Shown piece by piece: positions 1-10,603 of a DNA stretch of 64,000 nucleotides. The stretch is taken from contig RHPI01002907.1 of NCBI GenBank assembly GCA_009103225.1, positions 1 through 64,000 of the forward strand. The letters are read 5' to 3'. Below the pieces are notes generated by a model. The model made no database searches and was not told the origin of the DNA. It saw nothing but the letters and a program-made list of their open reading frames with translations. Position 1 is the first letter of the stretch. Every line of letters begins with the position of its first letter. The translations under genes were made by a program, and so were the position numbers. This stretch comes from Chlorokybus atmophyticus (Eukaryota; Plantae; Mesostigma and Chlorokybus algae).

Positions 1-3000
1 GCTTATGCAGTCTGCAAGGCCCCTCGCTACCGCAACATAGGAGGTAGACAAGTTGCATGGAAGATTGGGCGTTACTTTGACGTGCTTGCTGCGCTGAGGG
101 CTCTGTACCTAAAACCTAGTGTTGTTGCGGAGATGATGGCGCACACCAATCGAAGTCAGGATGGGATTATGCGATCTATACACGGTAACATTGCCAAGTT
201 CAGTGGTAAATGAGGCACGACTGTGTGCATGATTGTGTTGGTGAGCGGCTGGGGCAGTCCAATGCAAGCCCTCAGTGTCCGTGCCTTGTGCTTTTGTGTG
301 CGTGGCGCTGAGGCGGCATGTAAGACCTCGGTGTCCTTGCCTGTGTTTGTTTGTGTGTCGGCGTGGCGCTGAGGCGGCATGTAAGACCTCGGTGTCCTTG
401 CCTGTGTTTGTTTGTGTGTCGGCGAGGTGCTGGGGCGGTATGTAAGACCTCAGTATCCAGCCTTGCGATTGTATGCATGTTTGAATGTGTTGTGGGGCTG
501 GGGCAGTTGGTCGTAAGCCCTTGGTGTACTTGCTGCTGTCAGACTCGCCAATGTTCAAGGACACTGAACAACGCTACAGCCGGTTTGCCAAAGAACCACG
601 CAATGTGCGCCTAGCGATGTTCATCGACGGGATGAGCCCGTTCAAAGATCCGCACAAAGGTATAAAAGAGCATTTTTCTTCCTGTATGCTCGTTGCAGTG
701 TAACTGTACGAATGGCAGCAAAGGGTTTGTTGAGTTGCAGGGAACTATGAGTTTTGGGTTGTCACAATCTCAGTGTTGAACCTGCCCATTGCCAAGATGC
801 ACAAGACAGACACTACATTTCTAGCTGCTGTTATCCCTGGACCCAAACAACCAGAGAATCTACAGGCTTATCTCAAGCCAATTATTGACCAGTTGGGAGA
901 TCTCTGGGAAGGTATGGTTTCAACGCAGCTAGGATAAGCAGCTTCCATTACTGCAGTCATGCCTGACAAATGCGCATGACTGAGGCATGTAATCTGCTGG
1001 CATTTGTTGTAGGTATAGACATATATGACAGCCACCGCGACGCAGTTTTCCGTTGCAGATCTATTCTGGAGATTGTAATCCATGATTACCCAGGTACTCA
1101 AGCAGCAGCAGTGTTTGCACTTACTGTTATCAGTGTCTGACTGTATCTGTATATTGGACTGTCCTTACAACCATGGTTGTGGCTACTGAAGTACATCATG
1201 TTGGTTGCGCAGCTCTGGCAAAAGCTGCCTTGCAGATGGCGCATGGAGCCATCTTTGGCTGTTCAAAGTGCGAGTGCAGTGGAGAACATGTGGAACTTCT
1301 CAAAAAGGTGATCTATCAAGGCCACCGCCGGTACCTACCGGATGACCATCCTTACAGAGTTGATGAGCGTNGTTCCACATTGTTTGCCTTGTTCAAGTGC
1401 CAGTTGCATCTGCAGATACTCTATCCAGCTCATGCTGAACACTTACATGGACACCTTGAAGCGACTTTTCTCCGACATCAGTTTGCGATCGGGCATGCAA
1501 CGAGATGATGACGACTATGTGCTCTGCGGACGGAGACACCGTATTGAGGTTGGGGATAAAGATAGTAAGACAAGGCAGGAGCTCGAGTGGTGGTTGGCTG
1601 AGAATGACGATGAATACAGGCTGTTAAAAGAGTAAGTTGCTTTGGGAGTTGCTGTTTTGTACGTGATGTCCAACGCGCAGACAGTATGATTTATTTATGG
1701 GTTGCTGCTACACAGAGAGTTCAGTCGGGAGGTGAACAAACGCAGGATGGCAAGGGAAAGGGCTCAAACACAAGGACATGTCGTGGCAAAGGACATGGAG
1801 CATATGACTGAGCTGCATCACTGGCGTGGACCTGCTAGGGAGCTTACAAAGCACGAGATGGAGCTGTTGAGCGGTCCAATCTTTCCAAAGTACATCAAGC
1901 GATACTTCAGAGCACGCTACAAGGACATCGGTCAGTTCAGAGCAGAGGAAATGGAGAAGAAACTCCGCACCATGGACTGTGGCGTGTTTACCGTTGGGCG
2001 TGACTCAGATGACCCAACCAAGAAGATCCATTGGTATGGCAGGGTGCAATCTTTTGATGTTGTGGTGATAGCTGGTCGGGAGCACCAGCTGCTCAGAGCT
2101 AGGTGGTACATGAGCAACCAAGTCCAGCACAGTGGAGGATTTGCAATCCTAAGAAAAGACAAGCCCCGCTTTGCAGAACAAACCTACCTTGATTGCAACC
2201 TGGTAAGTGGCTGTGTTGCAATCGTTTTGGCGTGTGCTTGGTGTGATGATAGTAAATTGAAATAGTAGTATGAAAATGGCTGATGAATATCCCTTCTTGC
2301 TGGCAGGTCAAGGGCCAGTGGTTTGAGGGAATTGATCCCCATGACAACAAAGTAACAGTAGCGCTTGTTAAAGACAGGCGCAGTCTCATGCGTCGAGGCA
2401 TGCACCGGGACACTCCGGTAAGAGGAGAGTTAACAACGTTGTCCATTAGAATCTGGATGTCCTCATATATCCTGGGTTTTGGCATCACATACAACCATCT
2501 TGTGTACTTGGTGCAGGGTGCCCAAAGCGAAACCAATAGCGCCTCGAGCGAGGTGTCATGGACCACACGCCGCGACTGGCATTTTGAGTACAAGAGGTAC
2601 TGTTTGCGATTGTGATGCCTCATATCCCTACTGTGAGACTGTAGACCTGGCCACTGAACCTTTGTTCACAGGATGAGACCGAGACTGGAGCTGGATGCGT
2701 TGGAACATCGGGAACATGAAGACTACTGCTTTGTCTGCAAGGATGGGGGCACCATATCTGGCTGCGATGTGGAAGGTTGCTGGAAAAGCTACCACGCGCA
2801 CTGTGTCTCTATGCCACCTGTGGAGGATGAATATTGGGAGTGCCCAAGGCATGAGTAAGTGGACTTCATTGCAGCAAATGCTTGGCATCTTGTTGTGAGG
2901 AACTTCACTCCTAGAACCATCATCACTTGTACTGAACCAAAACACAGGTGCCATGTGAAGAACTGCAACGAAGCAGCTTTTCAAGTCTGCGCGACGTGTC

Positions 3001-4547
3001 CAAACAGCCTCTGTCGACGGCACGCTGTGGGTAGCATGGTTGAGGTTACGTGCTCGCGATGCGCTGCGTACGAAGAAGGTGGTGCTCCAGCGCAGCTCCC
3101 AAGGGAGAGCCTTGCTCGTCGTTCTCTGCCGGGCAGTTGCGGTAGGGTTTCACAACCTGTGCAGAGTGGGGTTCAACACGTTGAAGAGAGTGGGGATGAG
3201 GCTAACAATGGTAAGCTGCTGTGTGCTTGAGCTTGTTGATTTGCGTTGTGGTTCTTGCCCAATTGAACCATTTATGGCTGCAGAGGCAGTCACGATGGAA
3301 GTTGACGATGAAGACGAAGAGGGCTGTAATCAGCAACCCACGACGGCTGCGGCAGTTGTGGACCTCGTGGGCAGCGATGATGATATCATGGTGCTGGACG
3401 ATCCAGTCAGCAACCCGCAGCCGTCAACACCGCAGCCACTGTTCATTTACCCTAGTGCAAGTGCACGTGATGCGGTGCCAGTGCTTGAAACGGACAGGAG
3501 GTTGCTGGATGGCAGACAAGAGCTCAATGACACCATCCTCCACTTCTTTTGCAGGTATGTGATTTGTTGCGTCTGTGTTATTCGTGTATCTCATATGTAC
3601 GTGGGATGCACATGCAGATACAAGGAAGAGGAAATCTTAGGCAGAGCAGATGGCATTCAGGTGAAGCTGTTCCACCCGCATTTCTACACCAAGATCGTGC
3701 GCTGCCATAGACAAAATGACTGGCACACGAGCAATCACAGGATAGACAGGTGGGAGAGTGATCCGTTTGCCAAGGACTTGCTGGGAGTGATTGTCAACCC
3801 AGACACGCGGTGAGAATAAGCGCCAAGAATATCTTGCTGAATTGCTGCTGTATTTGCAAACTGGAATTATTTTGATTGTTCACAGGACTCACTGGAGTCT
3901 GCTGCTTGTGTGCAATCCTGGAGGCCAACTTGGAAGTGACACGCCGCCTTTACTCGTCCATCTCGACTCCCTTGGCCTGCATCGCAACGTTGATGGACCT
4001 ATGCGCGCTTACCTTGACTACATGTGGGGCAGAAAGCATGGAAGTGACTCACAACGACGCTTCTCTCCCGAAAACGTACAGCTTCTTGTACCACAGGTAG
4101 CACACGTTGCATTGCACTAGTGATGAGTTTGCATGCATTCTGTCACAAGCACTGATTGGATGCATGCACATGCATTTGGTTTGCAAGCATTGACACATGT
4201 TTGTGCAGGTCCCTCAGCAGAAGGATGGAGTTGCGTGCGGGTTGTTTGTCATGCTTTATCTTGACAAGTTTATAGATGGGGTACAAGCTGGTCCAATTGA
4301 CCCAAACGCACGGATATTTCAACAGGTACAGTTCATGCATGTGCATTGCAATGTTTACAAGTGGAAGGTGCTTCAATGGCATTGTCGTGTAGGCCAACAC
4401 GTGCTTAGTAACCACATGTTATTGCTGTGTGGTTGTGTGCAGATGCAAAGGAGTTGGTTTCATCCTCAAGTGGCAGACAGGTTGAGAAGACGATTGCGAA
4501 CACTCATGGACAGTATGTTAGCACAGCAAAGACGTGAGTTGAGCTAG
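1..4547 (+). CDS. Multi-exon CACTA transposase (Tnp2/Transposase_21, DUF4216-like) spliced in frame to an NSD-like PHD-C5HCH module and a Ulp1/C48 peptidase; 5' partial, with a gap at N1371
   Basis: GT-AG junction phases were checked by hand and keep the frame on both sides of N1371 through to TAG at 4545-4547. PHD: EDYCFVCKDGG...YHAHC...WECPRHE. C48 triad: THWSLL / HLDSL / VPQQKDGVACG. Confidence 0.8.
262..462 (+). repeat. 61-bp minisatellite (~3.3 copies) in a transposase intron
   Basis: The unit ATGTAAGACCTCGGTGTCCTTGCCTGTGTTTGTTTGTGTGTCGGCG... starts at 318, 379 and 440, with a diverged copy near 262. Confidence 0.9.
1371..1371. other. Single N, probably a collapsed assembly join inside the transposase
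   Basis: An n at 1371 directly follows the HPYRVDER exon sequence, and intron-like sequence follows it. Confidence 0.7.
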
Positions 4548-4754
4548 TAGTAGCAGGTGGTGTGTAGCATAGCAATGCTGTAGTCCATATCAGAGCTGTC
4601 CCCCACCATCAACTCAAACCAGCTGTGTAGAATTGCTGAGCAACTCTGGCTGTGACATATACTAGGCTGTATATTAGAATTAGCAGTGCAATCTACTTGG
4701 TTTTCAATCACATTCGAGACTTGGCCAAAATGAGAGTATATGTTTATTCGTGTG

Positions 4755-5295
4755 GGGTTGAATATTCACTCACCGCTAGGAGTTAGTGCAAAACGTATTG
4801 CTTGGTTTTGGAATGGTGTTGAAAATTCACTCAAAGCTAGGACTTAGTGTGAATCGTATTGCGTAGTTTCAGATTGGTGTTGAATGTTCACTCACATCTG
4901 TGGCATGAAACTGAAGGTTATGAATATACATGTGTGACAAGCTGATCAATTGATTATTCACGGGCAGTTGGGACTTGGTGAGTTTAAGCTGTCTGTTATA
5001 GCCAGAAGCTTATGCCCCTTTATGAATGTTCAGGCAATGTATAGCTGAATATTTAGCAGAGCACATGCTGTGTCCATTCACAATTGCATGCCTTGAACAT
5101 TCAATCGATTTCAACTGAATATACGAGGTATATGGGTTTTGAAAGGTGGCATTGGTTTATCGTGTGGATATTCACGCGATTTATAGGTGAATGTTGCGAT
5201 TTCGTTTTGGCAGGGATTGCACAAAATGTACGAAAACACTTGAATATTCACTCGATAAAAAGCTAAAACGGTAAATCCAACGAATATTCAGTGCG
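4755..5295. repeat. CACTA subterminal repeat field: 61-bp tandem unit x2.5 plus dispersed palindrome TGAATATTCA
   Basis: Perfect copies at 4759 and 5241. Near-copies at 4820, 4881, 5023, 5046, 5094, 5165 and 5281. Confidence 0.8.
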
Positions 5296-5341
5296 TTTGC
5301 CATGAATTTTCAAAAATTCGGGGGTCTCATAATTACCGGTG

Positions 5342-8300
5342 TCAATTGCATTAAGCCGGCTCAGCGCGTCAGCAACACCATTTGACGTACCGGGCTTGTA
5401 CTTGATATCAAAGTAAAAAAGTTGAAAGAACTCTAGCCATCGTGCTAGTCTGTGACTTAGATGAGGTTGTGTTTGTAAGTACCTCAGTGGAGAGTGAGCC
5501 GTGTCAAGCATGAACTTTTTGCCTTCCAGAAAACAACGCCATTACTTGCGCCAAAAGTTCCTTCTCGTGCACGGGGCAATTCAGCTCCGCACCACTCATC
5601 TTCTTGCTGAAGAATGCTACTGATTGCTGGCCGTTGCCATCATCTTGCTGCAAAACAGCTCCTACGGCTGTCAGACGCGTCGCAAGCCAAAATAAATGTC
5701 TTTTCCATATCGGGGTGAGCTAGGACTGGTGCCTCCGTCAGCGCCTTCTTAAACGCAGCAAATGCATATTCCTCTGTTGCTAACCATCTCCAAGGTTGTC
5801 CCTTCTTGAGTAGGGCAGTCAAGGGAGCAGCTATGCGCAAAAACCCCATGATAAGAGTGCTATAATACCCCGCAAGGCCCAAAAAGGACATCACCTCCTT
5901 TACGTTGGTCGGGGAAGCCCACTCGCGCACCACCTGCACTTTGTTGGGGTCCGGCTTGATGCCTTCATGCGACACGATGTGGCCTAGGTACTCCACCTCT
6001 CAAAGCAAGAATTTGCACTTTTGTAGCTGGGCGTACAGCTTGTGTTCGCGCAAACGCTGCAACACGCGCCGTAGAAGTGCCACGTGCTCCGCCTTTGTCT
6101 TCGCGTACACCAAAATGTCATCAAGGTACACGAGGACTCCCTTACCAATCAAGTCAGCGAAAACGCTGTTCATTAGCATTTGAAAAGTTGCCGGCTCGTT
6201 CGTAAGTCCGAAGGACATAACCAACCACTCGTAGTGCCCATAACGTGTGTTAAAAGCTGTTTTCTCCACATCCTCGGGCGCGGTGCGGATTTGGTGATAC
6301 CTCCAGCAAGATCAACTGTTGTGAAGTACTGCGCACCTTGCAATTACTCCAACAACTCGTCGATGCGTGGGAGTGGAAAGCAATTCCTCTTCGTGATGTT
6401 GTTGAGAGCTCAATAGTCGATGCACATGCGCAAGCTCCCGTTCTTCTTTCGTTTAAACAAGATAGGTGCACCATAAGGGGACTTACTAGGCCTGATGTAG
6501 CCTTTATTCAGCAAGTCCGCCACCTGCCTCTCGGCCTCTTCCAGCTCCAAAGGTGACAACTTGTATACGGGTCGATACGGTGGCTTGTGCACGCCCTCAA
6601 TCAGCTCCACACGGTGGTCTACGCTCCGTGGAGGTGGTAGATCAGATGGAAGTCCGTCCACCATAATATCTTGGTACGCTTTAACAAATTTACACACCTC
6701 GGGGTCCATCGTAGCCGTCTTAACATCGTCACTCAGCTCCGATGCTGACTTTTCAGTGTTTTCGCACACCACGCATAACCATGCAGCTTTGCCTTCCGTG
6801 GAGACAATAACTTCCTGAATTGCACATAAGAGATCCAGTCAATTGTCGTACCACCTTGAATAGGCTCTCTACCGTTTCGTTCGATGGTGAGCACGCGCTT
6901 CCTCCAATTGATGGATGGATTATGTTGCCATAGCCACGGTAGTCTCAAAATCCCGTCAAACCCGTTTCGTAGGGTGATGCAGCAAAATCGCATGTTCTCC
7001 TTCATCTTCCCAATGCGATCGCACAACTCTTTGGTCATAAACGTAGCGCCATTGTTTTGAGAGGGTGGCTCTCCATAAGCAAGCTTCACTTCACCTCCTC
7101 GTAATGACGAAAGCCAACCGTAACACCTCGCAATATCAATGCTCATAAAGTTGCTGTTGGCACCGCTATCAACCATGAGCTTACACTCTCTCCATCGTCC
7201 TTGGTCATCGCAAATGTGTGCTTAAAGCCCGAAGTACTTTGTCGTCTCCTCTTTTGCATAACTCACCACCGTAGGCGCGTTCATAGCCATCTCCTCTTGC
7301 TTCCTTACAAGAAATGTCACAGCATCCGTCCGTGCACAAGCCTTCTTCCTATCCCCAGCAGTAGCCTCCTCACATACTGTATTGGGGAAGTCGTTGTTCT
7401 GCTCCACGCCATTTTGCTCCATGGTGTTGACGCGACGATCACGGCGAGGGTTGCCATTCGGTGTTGGCCTTTGCGTGCTTCGTTTGGGGCATCCGTACGC
7501 CAAATGCTCAGTCGTCTCACACGCATAACACTTGCGCACACCTTTACCTCTTTCACCACGTCCGCCGTGCTTCGCCTCACTTCCATGCGTGTGTATAGCA
7601 CCCACCTCCATTAGTGCAGGCCCACTGTCAGCTCCACCTCCATTGGCAAGCGCTAAACTTGGTTCTCCTTGTTACCATGCATGTTGAAAGCCTCCCCGAG
7701 ATTGATTACCATGCATTTGCCTCCAGTCAGTGTTTCTTGTGGTAGACTTGAAGTTCAACACGTCGAGACGCTCCGTAATGCGTATAGCCTCCGCGAGGGT
7801 CTTCAGGTCCCGTAGCTCCACTTCTTTACGCCCCAAAGGTTTTTAACCATGTGTATACCTGTCCAGCTGCTCCTCCTCGGTCATATTGGGTATGGACATC
7901 ACCAATGGCTGAAACGCAGCCGTGTACGCCATCACCAACCCCATTTGCACAAGGGCCGCAAGCTTGTCGCGTACAATCTTCACGCTCTCAACGGGAACAA
8001 CTTGAAGCCTGACCTCCATTGCCAACTCTTCCATGGTGGTAGCGCCAACCCATTTGCGACACGCGTACATCGATGCCTCCACCACACAAGTGCTGCACCT
8101 TGAGCAATGTCGCGGCAATCTCACATGTAAGTGTGCGGGAACCTCCGTGAGCTTCACCGTGATGACACTTGGAAGAGCCACTCGTCCACAACATCTCCAT
8201 TACGTTGACCCTTAAATGGCTTTAGCTTTGGCACCTTTACATGCACGCGCGAGCTTGAAGCCGTGGGAACTTGTGCATGCGCCATGGCACGCTCGTACGC

Positions 8301-8410
8301 CTCGCGTTTGCTTGTGCCGCCGCTTGCATGTGATGTGAGCTCTTCTCGCAGTGTCAAGATTGCATTTTTAAGCTCCTCGACACGGACATCCTCCATCTTT
8401 ACCTCATTTC
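5342..8410 (-). pseudogene. gag-pol pseudogene with several frameshifts and stops
   Basis: The domains are spread over separate ORFs (8154-8396, 7843-8181, 7222-7611, 6733-7176, 6410-6772, 6000-6269, 5640-5996, 5263-5511). Confidence 0.88.
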
Positions 8411-8477
8411 CTTCAAGTAGAGTATAACGCAGCCTCGTCCCTTAAAACGCTACCACACTTGCACCTCCGCAACCGTA

Positions 8478-8489
8478 GCTCCGATACCA
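8478..8489 (-). promoter_or_regulatory. Primer-binding site complementary to initiator tRNA-Met
   Basis: The minus strand reads TGGTATCGGAGC, one mismatch from the canonical plant PBS TGGTATCAGAGC. It lies 2 nt after an LTR-like ...GTCACA end. Confidence 0.85.
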
Positions 8490-8491
8490 GT

Positions 8492-8675
8492 TGTGACGGT
8501 GCTCGTGCCTTGTCACCTGCGAGCTGGTCCAATCAACAACCCTCTCACCGACGCACGGTTTTCACACCGGAACCTTGCCCCCTCCGCCAAGCACACACGC
8601 GCGCCCCGCCACTCGTACGCACGCGCACGCGCTCGAAGCTACACACCGACTTGTGTAGCGCCTTGAATCGTAACA
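8492..8675 (-). repeat. Putative 5' LTR of the gypsy element; outer boundary uncertain (8675 to ~8710)
   Basis: The inner end ...CCGTCACA is next to the PBS. A candidate outer end TGTTACG lies at 8675-8669. No second LTR is in the window. Confidence 0.5.
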
Positions 8676-8949
8676 CAAGCAAGCACACACCAGTGGACAC
8701 ACGTTAGCAACCCCTGCTAACCACCACCAGGCTTGCACACAAAAAACTAGGAGCTAAAGGTTGTATTGCAAATTGTAGAATGTCACTTTTATACCTACCA
8801 GTCTGCACATGCTACTGTCTAGACGATTTTAGCGCTAGACGGAACTAGAAGCTATAATATTCTTGCAAAATCTTGTATTACACTTCTAGGCTTTTCCGAC
8901 GCAACAAAGATCTCCTCATTTGCTGCTCATATGGTCAAGTTATACTACT

Positions 8950-10380
8950 TGGCGCGCGGCCCTTCAAAAATCTGGCCGAGCCCTTCTCGACTGGCCCTCC
9001 GTTTTTTGGCGTCTTCCAGACTAGCCCTGGGATGGTCAATATTTACGGCAGACTCGTCGATATCCGCCACAAGTCATTAAAAACATGATACCTAACAAAT
9101 AATTCCTAAAATGGCCATGAATATCACGAAATTTGGCCTTAACCATTACATCGCGCTTGTTGGGTATCTTTCCTACTGACTTCAGCTGCAACTTTCGCTT
9201 TCTTCTTGGCCTCACGTTGACGCTTACATTCTTTAATGATTACAATGTCAAAATAAATGTAGGTAATCAATGCATCACAGAGGGAGAGACAGGTCATAAG
9301 GGAAGAGAGAATGCTTACACCACAAAACACTTACTATTTTCCGCTAAATCCTCTGGTCTTGCGCGTAACACCACTCTTTTTCGCGAATAAATGGGAACTT
9401 CTGGGGGTGAGGTGGTTGCTGAGCTGCAGCACGCACGTCACTAGCGCACGCCTCGCGTATGTCATTTACAAAAGATCGACCAGCATATGGAACGCCACAT
9501 GCTCCTGCACAGAATGCAGCGTTGTAGGGTGACCTACACGACATGTACTCACACTCACATACACTTGCACACCCTATAAGCGAGTGCATTACGTGCTTGT
9601 TGAGTGGCATATGCGCCAGTTGACTACTGCTAATATTGGTGTGGTTGTTGCTGACTGGGCGCAACATATGCGCTAGACTGATCACACAATCCTGCACACA
9701 ATGCCGCATCCAAGCATAACCATGAAAGCATACATATACATACATACAGTACAGTGAATAAGTGGTTTGCCCGGCTGCGTAGTGGCATAGCTGCTAGCTG
9801 AATGCTGTTGATATTGACTTGAGTGTTGATGATTAGGCGCCGCATATGTACATTGAGCGCCTACACTCTGACTGTCGAAGTGCCTTGCTGACAATTGTGT
9901 AGTTGATAGCAGCACAAGCAACATTGCCAGCAAAACAAACAAGCATGCAACGACAGCAATATGACTGAGGGCTTGAGACGCTTGCAAGAATGTCGAGCAA
10001 GCACACGATCGCAACAGATGCACTTAGCTACTGGTTGTCTCATCTTGGCTTGCTAGGTCGTGATACTCACTCAAATGCGGCAGCGATGAGCTCATGTTGG
10101 GTGGCGCACACCGCTCCATCCTACAAGCAAACATGTTAGCATAAGCTACCATGTGCTTGCGCCGCTGGTAGGCGGCCTGCCAGCACAACCATTACCACCA
10201 TCAACCCCTGCCAACTACAGAGCTAAGCAAGTATAGTATACTAGCTATATACCTGTTCCACAAGGGAAGATGTCGGTAATCAGCACCTCCTGAGCCTCCG
10301 CCGCCTCCACCTCCGCCGCCGGCGACGCCGCCACCGCTACTGGCAAGGGCGGGCAGTTTCTTTTTACACCCTACATAATT
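8950..10380 (-). CDS. Possible multi-exon hypothetical gene or relic, divergent from CENPJ
   Basis: Exon-like segments include GGGGGGGGSGGADYRHLPLWNR followed by a GT donor, ECKRQREAKKKAKVAAE, and VADIDESAVNIDHPRASLEDAKKRR. No full model could be assembled. Confidence 0.25.
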
Positions 10381-10466
10381 AATTCATGGCTCCACGATTT
10401 TGGCGGGACTCCACTAATCCCAGCTAAACCATGGTTTTGATGGATTAGCACAAGCAGGGCTGCTGA

Positions 10467-10603
10467 CACCGGAGTTTAGCTGACTCGGACTAACTCCGGT
10501 CGCTAAACCCCGGTGCGAAACTGGACTAGTCGGCTCCAGCGGAGTTGGTCCGACGTGGCGGCACTAACTCCGGTCACTAACACCCGGTGCGAAACGACCC
10601 TAA
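10467..10603. mobile_element. Small MITE-like or transposon-end relic
   Basis: A 32-bp direct repeat at 10490-10521 and 10564-10595 (3 mismatches), an inverted ACCGGAGTT pair, and an end ...CGAAACGACCC followed by TAA. Confidence 0.4.

Larger units (their letters stand above)
1..5341 (+). mobile_element. CACTA/EnSpm-superfamily DNA transposon, 5' part outside window
   Basis: Tnp2 transposase motifs: PRNVRLAMFIDGMSPF, VIPGPKQPENLQAYLKPIIDQL, IVIHDYP, GHRRYLPDDHPYR and DUF4216-like WYGRVQSF...RARWY. A field of subterminal palindromic repeats lies at 4759-5290. The putative right terminus is ...ATAATTACCGGTG at 5341. Confidence 0.85.
5342..8700 (-). mobile_element. Degenerate Ty3/gypsy LTR retrotransposon (5' LTR, PBS, gag, PR, RT, RNase H); integrase not in window
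   Basis: gag zinc knuckle CYACETTEHLAYGC, protease VDSGA, RT RMCIDY / FGLTNEPATFQ / VYLDDIL, RNase H ACDASD and NGVADALSR. Domain order is PR-RT-RH. Confidence 0.92.

Noticed and set aside
262-462. CRISPR-like array
   Set aside because: The units are contiguous with no unique spacers, there are no cas genes, and the context is a eukaryotic intron, so this is a minisatellite.
4785-4850. TAGTG as canonical CACTA right terminus
   Set aside because: These copies sit inside the 61-bp tandem unit, and the subterminal motifs continue for another ~450 bp to 5341.
5263-5341. C-terminal extension of gypsy RNase H (TGNYETPEF...)
   Set aside because: This is read-through into AT-rich subterminal sequence of the CACTA element and does not resemble pol.
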